DNA of 64,000 nucleotides from Planctomycetota bacterium (GTDB lineage Bacteria; Planctomycetota; UBA1135; UBA2386): NCBI GenBank assembly GCA_031423015.1, contig JANPER010000150.1, positions 3,330 to 67,329 of the forward strand, read 5' to 3'. Shown piece by piece: positions 32,201 to 40,953 of this stretch (position 1 is its first letter; each line of letters starts with the position of its first letter). The notes under the pieces were generated by a model. It saw only the letters and a program-made list of their open reading frames with translations, ran no database searches and was not told where the DNA came from. The position numbers and the translations under genes were made by a program.

Positions 32201-35200
32201 GGCAAGCAGCGCTACGTGCTCAATCCAGCCGAGCGCAGCGACTACGATGCGTTGCTCGAAGAGTTGGCGCGGATCGAGTTCGTGCCGGAGCACTTCGTGC
32301 ACTTGTGGTTGGCCCGCGGCAAGGCGAGCCACGAGTCGGCGGCGAAGGCGTTGGAGACGTCCGAGGTCGTCGGCTTCTACGCGTTGCTGTCGCTGGCGCA
32401 GGCCTTGGCGCAGCAAGACCCCGACGGCAAGCTGCGCCTGACGGTGGTGACCGAGGGTGCGCAGCGCGTCTTCGATGAGCCGCTCCCGCATCCCGAGCGC
32501 GCCATGGTGCTCGGCCCGGTGCAGACGATCCCGCGCGAGCTGAGCCAAGTGAGCGCGCGTTGGGTCGACGTGCAAATTCCTGTGCAACGGTGGAAGCGGC
32601 GCTTCGATCCGCGGCCAGCCACGGCCCGCACGCTCGTCGAGCAGCTCGCGGCCGAACTGGTCGCCACCGTCGACGAGCAGATCGTGGCGCTGCGGCCGCT
32701 CGGTCGCTTCGTGCAAGAGATCGAGACCGTGGCGATCCCGCCGGTGTCGCAGCCGTTGCCGGTGCGTGCGGGCGGCGCGTATCTGATCACGGGCGGCCTG
32801 GGTGGCATTGGCCTCGCGTGCGCGCGGTGGCTCGCCGGCCAGGCCAAGGTCGGCATCGCGCTGCTGTCGCGCACCGGGCTGCCGCCGCGCGCCGAGTGGC
32901 AAGGCTATCGCGGCAACAGCGCGGATGACGCCGTCGCGCTTGCGGTACGAGCCGTCGAAGAACTCGAAGCGGCGGGCGCCAAGGTCGTGATCGTGCGCGG
33001 TGACGTCGGTGACCCGGCGCACACGGTGCGCGCCGTGGCCGAGGCCCGGGCGGCGTTGGGGCCGATTCGCGGCGTGCTGCACGGCGCTGGCGTCATCGCC
33101 GACGCGTTGATCGCGCAGAAGCGGCCGGAGTCGGCAGCGCGCGTGCTGTCGCCCAAGGTGCGCGGCACGCTCAATCTCGAGGCTGCGCTCGCGGACGAGC
33201 CGCTCGATTTCTTCGTCGCGTTCTCGTCGACCAGCACGGTGCTCGGCTTGCCGGGGCAGATCGACTACATCGCGGCCAACGCTTTCCTAGACGCCTTTGC
33301 GCAGTCGCGGCAGCGCGCTGACGGCCCGCACTTCCTCGCGCTCGGTTGGGGCGTGTGGGCGGAGGTCGGCATGGCCGTGCAAGCTGCACGTCAGGGCGTG
33401 CCGGTCGATGCGCGCGACAGCGGTCACCCTTGGCTCGGCCGCATCGTGTGCGACACGCCGCAGATGACGCGCTACGAGGCGCGCTACGTGGCTGACGAGT
33501 TGTGGATGCTCGACGAGCATCGCATCAAGGGCGGCCGCGCGTTGGTGCCTGGCACGGGTTACCTCGAGATCGCGCGCGCCGCGCTGCACAAGGGCGCACC
33601 CAACACTTCGCTCGAGCTGTCGGACCTCACGTTCTTGGCGCCGCTCGATGTCGACGACGTGGGTGGCGTCGACGTGCGCGTCGATCTGCAACGCGATCGC
33701 GGTACGTTCGAACTCACCGTCGGTGCGCGCGCCGAGGGCGAGACCGCGTGGCGCGAGTGCGCGCGCGGGCACCTGGCGTTCGGCACCGACGTGTCGCCCA
33801 AACCGCTCGACATCGAAGCCATCGCCGCGCGCTGCAACAAGAGCACCAAGACCTTCGGCGCGTACGCGCAGGAGACCAGGCAGGAGAAGCACCTCGACTT
33901 TGGCCCGCGCTGGAAGGTGTTGCGCAAGGTGCAGCTCGGCGTGAACGAGGGCTTGGCGCTGCTCGAACTCGGCCGCGAATACGCCGACGACGTGGCGAAC
34001 GTGCCGTTGCACCCAGCGTTGCTCGATCTTGGCTGTCACTTCGGTCTGCCGTTGATCGAGGGCTACGAGCAACAGGATGCGCTGTTCGTGCCGCTGTCGT
34101 TCGGCCGCGTGCGCGTGTTCCGGCCGCTGCCAGCGCGCGTGCTGAGCTACGTCCGACTTGCCAAGAGCAGCCGCGCGGCGGACGACATCGTGACCTTTGA
34201 CGTCACGTTCGCGAGCGAGGATGGCACCGTGCTGGTCGAGATCGAGCGCTTCGTCGTGCGGCGCATGCACGATCGCGCTGGCATCTCGGCGCGGCGGCCG
34301 GCGACGGTGCGCGACCCCGCCGAGTCGGCCGACGCGCGCAATGGCGGCGGCGACGAGCTGTTGCGCGAGACGCTGCGGCACGGCATCCGACCGCCAGAAG
34401 GCACCGACGCGCTCGGCCGCGTGCTCGCCTACCGCGTGGGCCCCACGATCATGGTGTCGCCGTTGCGTTTGGCGGCGCTGCGCCAGCGCGTCGATCGCGA
34501 CACCGCCCCGAAGGTCGAGGGCGGCAACAAGTTCGCGCGCCCCGAACTCGAGAGCAGCTTCTTGGCGCCGCGCACCGCGGTGGAGAAGCAGCTCGCCGAG
34601 CTGTGGCAGGAAGTGCTCGGCGTCGATCGCGTCGGCATCGCCGATGACTTCTTCCAGCTCGGCGGTCAATCGCTGGTGGCGGTGCGTCTGCTGTCGAAGA
34701 TGAAGAAGCTGTGGGCCGTCGACCTGCCGTTGGCCACGTTCTTCGAAGCGCCGACGGTCGAGAAGCTCGCCGCTGTGGTGCAAGCCGAACTCGGTACCGA
34801 CGCGGAGTCCGCCGCCGCGGCGGGGAAGCCGGTGCCGCGGTCGTCGCGCCGGGGTTGGAGCACGTTGGTGCCGATTCAGCCGCGCGGCGCGCGCGTGCCG
34901 TTCTACTGCGCTGCGGGCCAGGGTGGCAACGCGATGAACCTGCGTCACTTGGCGGTGCATCTGGGCGAGGATCAGCCGTTCTACGGCTTGCAGGCGCGCG
35001 GCGTCGACGGACGCATGCAGCCGCACGAGACCGTCGAGGCGATGGCGGCGGAGTACATCGCCGACATCCGGCGCTTCCAGCCGCATGGGCCGTATCTCAT
35101 CGGCGGCTACTCGGGCGGCGGCACGGCCGCGTTCGAGATGGCGCAGCAGCTGCACGCGATGGGCGAAGAGGTCGCCGCCTTGGTGTTCCTCGACTCGCAC

Positions 35201-35743
35201 AGCCCAGAGATGCCGACGCGCAGCCGGCTCGAACGCATGCGTCTGCATGCGCGGCGACTGGTGGCGCAGGGCCCGAGCTATGCCTTCGAGAAGCTCAAGG
35301 CGCGCGTGGTGAGCAGGGAACTCTGGCAGCTGCGTCGCTTGGTGTTGAAGCCGCTGTCGAAGCTGTTCCCGTACCACTTCCGCAGCGAATCGATGGTGTT
35401 CTCGTGGATCGACGCGTTCACCCGCTACGAGCCCAAACCGTGGAACGGGCGGGCGCACTTGTTCCGCGCGCGGTTGGACGACGCCATCGAGTGGAGCGGG
35501 ATCAAGCTGGAGAACGACCTCGGCTGGCAACACCTGGTGCAGGAGTTGGCGGTGGCGGAGGTGACCGGCGACCACAACTCGATGTGCGAGGAGCCGCACG
35601 TTCGCGTGCTCGCGGATCGGGTGCGCGCGTGTCTCGACGAGGCGAACCAGCGCATGACCAAGAAGACGCCGCCGCCCGCGCCGCCGCAGCACGGCACACG
35701 CGCCCCGGTCGCACCTGGGGTGCCGACCGGAGCCCGCGCTTGA
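29276..35743 (+). CDS. Type I polyketide synthase, KS-AT-KR-DH-CP-TE
   Basis: It starts 6 nt after the NRPS stop.
- KS: DIAIVGMACRVPGA, active-site Cys in VQTACSTSLVAVH (Cys codon 29846-29848), EAHGTGTQVGDPIE and NIGHLDTAAG.
- AT: FMFPGGGAQY and GHSLGEYTAA.
- KR: YLITGGLGGIGLA ... DYIAANAF.
- DH, downstream of KR: LDEHRIKGGRALVPGTGY.
- Carrier: FFQLGGQSLVAV (Ser codon 34670-34672).
- TE: GGYSGGGTAAFEMA. Confidence 0.92.
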   Translation: MAEHHAGDGSAAADAAATDIAIVGMACRVPGANNARELWANVRGKVESIRRYTDDELRAAGVEEALLANPNYVRAGGSLDAMEMFDAGYFGFGPRDAAIMDPQHRHFLECCVEALEDAGLPPARFKGAIGLFAGCGMGAYFAYNILTQPDLLENVGLFLLRHTGNDKDFLATRASYCLNLRGPSVSVQTACSTSLVAVHLACQSLLAMECDMALAGGVTIEQPHRHGYLFKENEVLSPDGHCRAFAAESKGTVLTSGLGVVAVRRLADALRDGDPIHAVIKATAVNNDGSGKVGYLAPSVDGHSAVVAEALALSGIDPETITLFEAHGTGTQVGDPIEIAALTQAYQAQSKKTSYCAISSLKTNIGHLDTAAGVAGLIKVASALTHKELPPSLHFDQPNPIIDFATSPFYVNTECTAWPRGATPRRAGLSSLGVGGTNAHAIVEEAPAAKTTALAEPWQLLLFSGKSQRSAEGNVERLRQHLQAQPTLNLADVAFTLESGREAHVQRRAYAVRDAAHAVEVLQSKDAKVLASGAAQEREPSVVFMFPGGGAQYVGMGRDLYARYPVYRQAIDQCLDVLRPLLPEDLRPLLFAAPGEGDAAERIQGPLALPVLFATEYALAQLWMSWGIEPAAMTGHSLGEYTAACLAGVMSLPDALALVLLRSRLLTTVPTGAVLSVPLPESEVRPLLGVELSLAAVNGPELCAVSGPEHAVAALEAVLAARDVEGRRLKISVAAHSAMLDPILDEFRAGVRKMKLQAPKRRFISNLTGTWAEASEVTSPEYWVRHLRHTVRFADGMATLMADKHRVFLEVGPGTTMCTLARMQRAKAATHEVIACLRHPQEPADDVQFLLTALGRVWCAGKNPDWSMLRGKAPRRRLSLPTYAFDHQRYFIEPGKRALAGLNTDLSLTRIGDVRDWFHRPSWHPSALPPGGVAASTRFVLFLDEDGPGEALAEKLGTRGHQVVRVMRGPSFQSVGKQRYVLNPAERSDYDALLEELARIEFVPEHFVHLWLARGKASHESAAKALETSEVVGFYALLSLAQALAQQDPDGKLRLTVVTEGAQRVFDEPLPHPERAMVLGPVQTIPRELSQVSARWVDVQIPVQRWKRRFDPRPATARTLVEQLAAELVATVDEQIVALRPLGRFVQEIETVAIPPVSQPLPVRAGGAYLITGGLGGIGLACARWLAGQAKVGIALLSRTGLPPRAEWQGYRGNSADDAVALAVRAVEELEAAGAKVVIVRGDVGDPAHTVRAVAEARAALGPIRGVLHGAGVIADALIAQKRPESAARVLSPKVRGTLNLEAALADEPLDFFVAFSSTSTVLGLPGQIDYIAANAFLDAFAQSRQRADGPHFLALGWGVWAEVGMAVQAARQGVPVDARDSGHPWLGRIVCDTPQMTRYEARYVADELWMLDEHRIKGGRALVPGTGYLEIARAALHKGAPNTSLELSDLTFLAPLDVDDVGGVDVRVDLQRDRGTFELTVGARAEGETAWRECARGHLAFGTDVSPKPLDIEAIAARCNKSTKTFGAYAQETRQEKHLDFGPRWKVLRKVQLGVNEGLALLELGREYADDVANVPLHPALLDLGCHFGLPLIEGYEQQDALFVPLSFGRVRVFRPLPARVLSYVRLAKSSRAADDIVTFDVTFASEDGTVLVEIERFVVRRMHDRAGISARRPATVRDPAESADARNGGGDELLRETLRHGIRPPEGTDALGRVLAYRVGPTIMVSPLRLAALRQRVDRDTAPKVEGGNKFARPELESSFLAPRTAVEKQLAELWQEVLGVDRVGIADDFFQLGGQSLVAVRLLSKMKKLWAVDLPLATFFEAPTVEKLAAVVQAELGTDAESAAAAGKPVPRSSRRGWSTLVPIQPRGARVPFYCAAGQGGNAMNLRHLAVHLGEDQPFYGLQARGVDGRMQPHETVEAMAAEYIADIRRFQPHGPYLIGGYSGGGTAAFEMAQQLHAMGEEVAALVFLDSHSPEMPTRSRLERMRLHARRLVAQGPSYAFEKLKARVVSRELWQLRRLVLKPLSKLFPYHFRSESMVFSWIDAFTRYEPKPWNGRAHLFRARLDDAIEWSGIKLENDLGWQHLVQELAVAEVTGDHNSMCEEPHVRVLADRVRACLDEANQRMTKKTPPPAPPQHGTRAPVAPGVPTGARA

Positions 35744-36450
35744 TCGAGGACTGCCGCTGGGCCGAGCTGCTGTTTCCTGGCCTGCGGGTCGAGGTGGCGT
35801 GTGTGCGTGATGCGGAGGGCGCTGCCGCGGAGGCCGAGCTGGTCGCGGCCGAGCGGGCCCTGGTGCGCGATGCCGTGCCCGCCCGCGTGCGCGCCTTCGC
35901 GCTCGGCAGGCGCGCGGCGCACCGCGCGCTCACCCGGGCAAAGGCGCCGAGCGGGCCGATTCTGGCTGGGGCCAATCGCGCGCCGCGCTGGCCGGCTGGG
36001 TTCGTCGGCAGCATCGCCCACTGTGAAGGCATCGCGATCGCCGCGGTGGCTCGCGCCGACGCAGTGCAGGGTCTCGGCGTCGACGTCGAAGTAGCGCGTG
36101 GCCTAACGACCGACTTGTGGTCGCGCGTCCTCACGCCGCACGAGCGGGCCGCACTCGCCGCGCTGCCCGCGGCCGAACGTGCCGACGCAGCCCTGCGCGT
36201 GTTCTGTGCCAAGGAAGCGATCTACAAGGCTTGGTCGCTGCGCGGCCAACGGGTGATCGAGTTCCAAGACGTCGAGCTTGCGGCGTTGCCGACGGCGAAT
36301 GCAACGTCCGCGACTCAGGCGCACGTGGCGACTCCGCCGCGCGCCCGCGCCGACGTGCGCGTGGGTGGCGACGACGTCTACGTCTTCGCCGCCGCACACC
36401 TCGACTTCGGGGCGCGTGTTTGTGACCTCGATGCTCGACTTCGCCTGTAA
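35740..36450 (+). CDS. 4'-phosphopantetheinyl transferase (EntD/Sfp type)
   Basis: The reading frame is taken from ORF 34711..36450. The TTG at 35740 overlaps the PKS stop (TTGA); a later in-frame start is possible. Motifs are FVGSIAHCEG, GLGVDVE and FCAKEAIYKAW. Confidence 0.78.
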   Translation: MIEDCRWAELLFPGLRVEVACVRDAEGAAAEAELVAAERALVRDAVPARVRAFALGRRAAHRALTRAKAPSGPILAGANRAPRWPAGFVGSIAHCEGIAIAAVARADAVQGLGVDVEVARGLTTDLWSRVLTPHERAALAALPAAERADAALRVFCAKEAIYKAWSLRGQRVIEFQDVELAALPTANATSATQAHVATPPRARADVRVGGDDVYVFAAAHLDFGARVCDLDARLRL

Positions 36451-36517
36451 CCAAACGCGACTTCGTTGCCACTCCTGGGCATGCGACGAATCGCGTTCAT
36501 TCAACCCGAGCTACGCT

Positions 36518-37147
36518 ATGCAGCCGATGACCCAAACCCCGCCGCGCCGTCTCGTGATCGTCGACGTGCCGCCGTTCATCGAAGAATGGCGCAAGCGCAC
36601 GGGCGCCGATCAGCGCGACGAAGTCTGGGAAGGAGTGGTCCACATGGGGCCTTCTCCAACTGAGGACCACCACGAGGCCGTGTTTCAACTCGAGGTGTGG
36701 TTGCGCCGGTACTGGGCCAAGTCGTGTGGCGGGCGCGTGCTGGGCGACTGCAACGTGGCGCCGACGGGTTTGAGGAAATGGACCGACAACTACCGCGTGC
36801 CGGATCTCTTCCTCATCAAGCCCGAACGCCTTGCCTACAGCCGCAGAACCCACTTCGCTGGCGGCCCCAACGTCATCGTCGAGATCCGTTCGCCCGGTGA
36901 CGAGAGCTACGAGAAACTGCCGTTCTACTTTGAGATCGGCGTCGAGGAAGCGTGGGTCATCGATCGCGACAGCAAAGCACCGGAGATCTTCGTGCGCGGG
37001 GTGAAGGCGTTTCGCAAGGCGAAGGCGAACCGTGCCGGTTGGTTGGTGAGCAAGGTGACCGGCGTCGCGATGCGCGCGGCGAAGGGCAAGCTGGCGCTGC
37101 GCCTACGTGACGAACCAGCGAGCGATGCCATGGTCCCGGAAGACTGA
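36518..37147 (+). CDS. Uma2-family (DUF820) putative endonuclease
   Basis: ATG at 36518. The layout is PD-(D/E)XK-like: YRVPDLFLIKPE ... PNVIVEIRSPGDE ... KLPFYFEIGVEEAWVIDRD. Confidence 0.7.
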   Translation: MQPMTQTPPRRLVIVDVPPFIEEWRKRTGADQRDEVWEGVVHMGPSPTEDHHEAVFQLEVWLRRYWAKSCGGRVLGDCNVAPTGLRKWTDNYRVPDLFLIKPERLAYSRRTHFAGGPNVIVEIRSPGDESYEKLPFYFEIGVEEAWVIDRDSKAPEIFVRGVKAFRKAKANRAGWLVSKVTGVAMRAAKGKLALRLRDEPASDAMVPED

Positions 37148-37193
37148 CCTCGAAACTTGGTGCATCCGTCACGTCTTCGATCAACCAAGGCCT

Positions 37194-38213
37194 CTAGCGC
37201 ACCTTGCGTCGGCGAGGTGGACGCCGCGCTGCCGACGGCTGGCGCTTGGAAGTCGCCGCCGCGGGGCGCGGTCGCTTGGCGGTGGTCGCCGAGCGCAGGC
37301 CGAGCAAGGCCGCTTGGACGTAGCGCAACACGACGTCGGCGCGCGTCTGCTGTTCGATCTTGCGGCGGCGGGTCGCGAACAGGGCGTCGTCGGTGATGCC
37401 CGCGAAGGGGAGACGCCACAGCAGCGTCTCCATCGGCGACTGTTCGGCCAGCCACTCTGGTAGCACGGCCAACAGCTCGCCGTGCAGGCAGATCTCGAGC
37501 CCCACGCGCAGTTGGTCGACTTGCAGCGCGACGTGGCGGGGAACCTCGGTCGGCCAGCCGTCGAGCGGTCGTCCGGCGGCATCGAGGGGCGGCGCTACGA
37601 AGCGGTGCTCGAGCAGAGTCTCTTTGGCTACCTGGCGGCGACCGAACAGCGGGTGGCCTTGGCCGCAGTAGACGAAGTTGCGCACCACGCCCACCGGCAC
37701 ACAATCGAGGTCCGTGGCGCCGTGCAGCGCCGCATCGGGTCCGTGGAAGGCGATGTCGATGCGGCCCCGGCGCAGTGCGTGGCCGAGGTCGCTCGCTGCC
37801 GGCGTCGACAGCTTGGGCACGAGGCCAGGATGCTCGCGGCACATCGTGGCCAACGCGGGGACCAAGACCGCGGTGGTGATTGCGCCGGCGCTGGCGATGT
37901 GCACCGGGCCGTTGAGCTGTTGTCCAGCGAGGTGCTGGATCGCCTCGTCGACCGAGCGCATCGCCGTGCGCAGCGCGTCCAGGAACCCACGCCCGGCCTC
38001 GCTCAGCTCGATGCGTCGGCCGGCGCGTTGGAAGAGCTGCACGCCGAGGTCGCGTTCGAGCAGCTTCACCGCGCGTGACAGCGCGGGGGCCGACACGTAG
38101 AACTCGCGAGCGGCGCTGGGCAGGTGGCAGTGCTCGGCCACCGCCCGGAAGGCCGGCAGCCAGTTCCACAGCGTGCTCAGGCGGCGGAGGCGGTCGAGGG
38201 GTTCGGAGGTCAT
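37194..38213 (-). CDS. LysR-family transcriptional regulator with basic C-terminal tail
   Basis: ATG at 38213. The HTH is FRAVAEHCHLPSAAREFYVSAPALSRAVKLLERDLGVQLFQRAGRRIELSEAG. The C-terminal tail is Arg/Pro-rich (RRPPRRRKVR). Confidence 0.85.
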   Translation of the reverse strand: MTSEPLDRLRRLSTLWNWLPAFRAVAEHCHLPSAAREFYVSAPALSRAVKLLERDLGVQLFQRAGRRIELSEAGRGFLDALRTAMRSVDEAIQHLAGQQLNGPVHIASAGAITTAVLVPALATMCREHPGLVPKLSTPAASDLGHALRRGRIDIAFHGPDAALHGATDLDCVPVGVVRNFVYCGQGHPLFGRRQVAKETLLEHRFVAPPLDAAGRPLDGWPTEVPRHVALQVDQLRVGLEICLHGELLAVLPEWLAEQSPMETLLWRLPFAGITDDALFATRRRKIEQQTRADVVLRYVQAALLGLRSATTAKRPRPAAATSKRQPSAARRPPRRRKVR

Positions 38214-38332
38214 TCTAGTTTGTGGAATGATTCGTAGCTGGAACTCTAACGAACACAACGTTCGCGAGGGCTAGGAAGGACAAGCCAAACGGCGGGCCCC
38301 CGACGCCGCGTCCTTCTCTTCTCCTCAATCGC

Positions 38333-39616
38333 ATGCAGACTCACGCTCTCCTTCGCTCTCTCACTCTCCCCACGCCGCTCCTGACCACCGCCTTGGTCGG
38401 GATCGTCAGCCAGTTGGCCCCAGCACAGGCCTACAACATGTCCGTCCTGGTCCGCAATCTGATGCGCCCCACGGGCATCGTGGCGGCGCCCGACGGCACC
38501 CTCTACATCACCGAGGTGCCCCAGCCCGGACAGATGGGCGGCAACAACATGGTGTCGCGCATCGCCGTTGGCGGCGCCAAAACGGTGTTGGTCGCGGGCG
38601 AGCCCGAACCAACGCACATCGCTCGCCACGCCGACGGCACCCTGTACTGGACGTGTGGGACTGCGGGGGTCATCCAACGCTTTGCCAATGGCATGCGTAC
38701 GAGACTCATCAACCAGCTCGCCAATCCGTCCGGCATGGCGGTGGGGGCCAGCGGCACGGTGTACTTCACGCAGGTGCCGACGCCCGGCCAGAACGGGATG
38801 AACGGCGGCCGCAACACCGTGAACTCATGGACGATGGCGGGCACGCAGACCATCACCATGGGTGAGCCGGAGCCGCGCGACGTGGCGGTCGACGCCAACG
38901 GCAACCTCTACTGGACCTGTAAGTCGGCGAACGTGATCCTGTGGCGCAACGCCAGCACCGGCATGGTGTCGCCGCTGCTGCGCGGGCTCGACAAGCCGTC
39001 GGGGATCGCGGTCGACGCGCACGGCGCCATCTACTTCACCGAGGTGCCGACGCCGGGCATGAACGCGATGAACGGCGGGCGCAATCGCGTCAGCCGCTAC
39101 GTGCCGGCGACGCAGACGTTGACCCTCATCGACTTCGGTGACCCGGAGCCGTTCGACGTGGCGGTGTCCCCCGACGGCAACACGGTGTACTGGACGTGCA
39201 CGAGCGCTGGCGTGATCGTGCGCGCGGTGCGCAACCGCGCGCCGGTGACGCTCAGCACCATGACGTCGCTCGGCATGGGCCGCGTGACCCCGCTCTTGCT
39301 GCGCGCGCCCGACTTCGCCAACCATATGTATGCCGCCGCCAGTTCGCTCGGCCTCGGCCCGATCATCATCGGCAACGAGAACTTGGCGCTGGCCGCGGAC
39401 GCGCTGCTCGCCACCTCGGCGGGCGGTTCTTGGCCCAGCGTGTTCGCCGGCTACCTCGGCCGGCTGGACGGCGCGGGCGCGGCAAGCGCTGCGATCGCGT
39501 TGCCCAACCTCGCCGAGTTGCGCGGCCTGACGTTGATGACCGGCTACGTCGTCTTCGACCCGCGCGCGCCGTTCGGCATGGTGGCCAGCGAGACGCTGCG
39601 CTTGGTCGTCGACTGA
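38333..39616 (+). CDS. Secreted beta-propeller repeat protein (NHL/SMP-30-like blades) with shared C-terminal module
   Basis: The signal-like segment is LLTTALVGIVSQLAPAQA. The blades alternate: YITEVPQPGQMGGNNMVSRI, LYWTC, YFTQVPTPGQNGMNGGRNTVNSW, LYWTC, YFTEVPTPGMNAMNGGRNRVSRY, VYWTC. Confidence 0.65.
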   Translation: MQTHALLRSLTLPTPLLTTALVGIVSQLAPAQAYNMSVLVRNLMRPTGIVAAPDGTLYITEVPQPGQMGGNNMVSRIAVGGAKTVLVAGEPEPTHIARHADGTLYWTCGTAGVIQRFANGMRTRLINQLANPSGMAVGASGTVYFTQVPTPGQNGMNGGRNTVNSWTMAGTQTITMGEPEPRDVAVDANGNLYWTCKSANVILWRNASTGMVSPLLRGLDKPSGIAVDAHGAIYFTEVPTPGMNAMNGGRNRVSRYVPATQTLTLIDFGDPEPFDVAVSPDGNTVYWTCTSAGVIVRAVRNRAPVTLSTMTSLGMGRVTPLLLRAPDFANHMYAAASSLGLGPIIIGNENLALAADALLATSAGGSWPSVFAGYLGRLDGAGAASAAIALPNLAELRGLTLMTGYVVFDPRAPFGMVASETLRLVVD

Positions 39617-39633
39617 TCGGTGCGGTCGATTGA

Positions 39634-40953
39634 CTAGCGCCCGAGTTGCACGGTGACGACGGCCGACGTGCATCCCGCGGCGCTGGTCAGGCTCAGCGCC
39701 TGCACCGGCAACGACACGCCGCCGAGGCCGACGTGGGTGAAGGCCCACGTGGCCTGCCCGCGCGGGTCGGTCACCAGCGGCAGGGCCAACGGCGGCACGC
39801 GCACGTCGAGGCCCACGAACATCGGCACGCCGAGCCAAGAGAGCAGCGGGAACTCGCCGATCGCTGTCAGCTCGGACACGAACAGCACGCACGGCGCGGC
39901 CGCGATCGAGCCATGCAACACGATGCTGGCTGGGCCGCGCGGCACCGGGTTGGCTGGTCCGATCACCAGGTGCGGACGCGCTGGCTCGACTTGCACGACG
40001 TCGCTGCGGATGCCGATCCAATCGGCGATCGTCACCAAGAGACGCCCGCCGTCCGCGGGCTGGAACGCATCGAACGTCGCGAGCGTGCCGCCGGGCAGCC
40101 AGGCGATCTGCGTGCTGCCGGCGCTGCCGGTGTTGAGCCAAGGCGTGGCCGCGCGTGCCCCCGACGTGAGGTCGACTCGTAGAACGTAGCCGAGCAAGCC
40201 ACCCGTCACGTAGGCGCGCTCGCGGTTGTCGATCGCCAGATCGTACGCGGCATCCAGCGGGGCGCCGATCGGCGTCGCGTCCTGCATCGTCAGCACTGGG
40301 CCACCGGCCAACGTGAACGCCACCCGGCCGGCGGCGAAACGCAGGAGAAGGCTGCTGCCGGGTGGCGCCGGGAACGTCGCGCTCGCCGTCGCACAGAGCA
40401 AATCGCCGTTGCCCGCAAAGCCAAGCGGACCCGAGGCACCGACGAGCTGCACGATCTCGCGGTGGGTGCCGAGCGTGGGCTCCAGGCGCCACACGCCGGG
40501 GCGCGCGCCGGGGCTGGGCCATGCGGGGTTCGCGGTCGCTAGCAGCGTCGAACTGCCGGGCACCGCCGCGAGGTCGAAGGTGTTGGCGGGGACGCCGCCG
40601 AGGTGCCGCGTTTGGCGCGTGACCGGATCGTGCGCCAGCAGCGTTTGGTTCGACCCATTGGTGAACAGCACTTCGCCGGTCGCATCGACGATCAAGGCGC
40701 CGATCCACTGGCCGCCCGGTAGTACGTACGCGAGCGAGCGGTTGCCGATCGCGTCGACGGCAAACAGCGAGTCGCGGTGCGCGACCCAGATCGTCCGACC
40801 ATCACGGCTTGGCGCCATCGCCACGATGTCGTGCTGCACCCCGAGGTTGGAGTAGCGCGAAGCGGTGGCGAAACCCGGCGTCGGAGCCTGACCGGGCAGG
40901 CTCAGAACTGTGCCGAGCGCCAACAACGCGCCGTGTGACGCAACGCGCATCAC
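39634..40953 (-). CDS. Secreted hypothetical protein with shared C-terminal module
   Basis: The GTG at 40953 overlaps the sulfatase stop (GTGA). The signal-like segment is MMRVASHGALLALGTVLSLPGQAP. No family motif was recognised in the body. Confidence 0.55.
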   Translation of the reverse strand: MMRVASHGALLALGTVLSLPGQAPTPGFATASRYSNLGVQHDIVAMAPSRDGRTIWVAHRDSLFAVDAIGNRSLAYVLPGGQWIGALIVDATGEVLFTNGSNQTLLAHDPVTRQTRHLGGVPANTFDLAAVPGSSTLLATANPAWPSPGARPGVWRLEPTLGTHREIVQLVGASGPLGFAGNGDLLCATASATFPAPPGSSLLLRFAAGRVAFTLAGGPVLTMQDATPIGAPLDAAYDLAIDNRERAYVTGGLLGYVLRVDLTSGARAATPWLNTGSAGSTQIAWLPGGTLATFDAFQPADGGRLLVTIADWIGIRSDVVQVEPARPHLVIGPANPVPRGPASIVLHGSIAAAPCVLFVSELTAIGEFPLLSWLGVPMFVGLDVRVPPLALPLVTDPRGQATWAFTHVGLGGVSLPVQALSLTSAAGCTSAVVTVQLGR

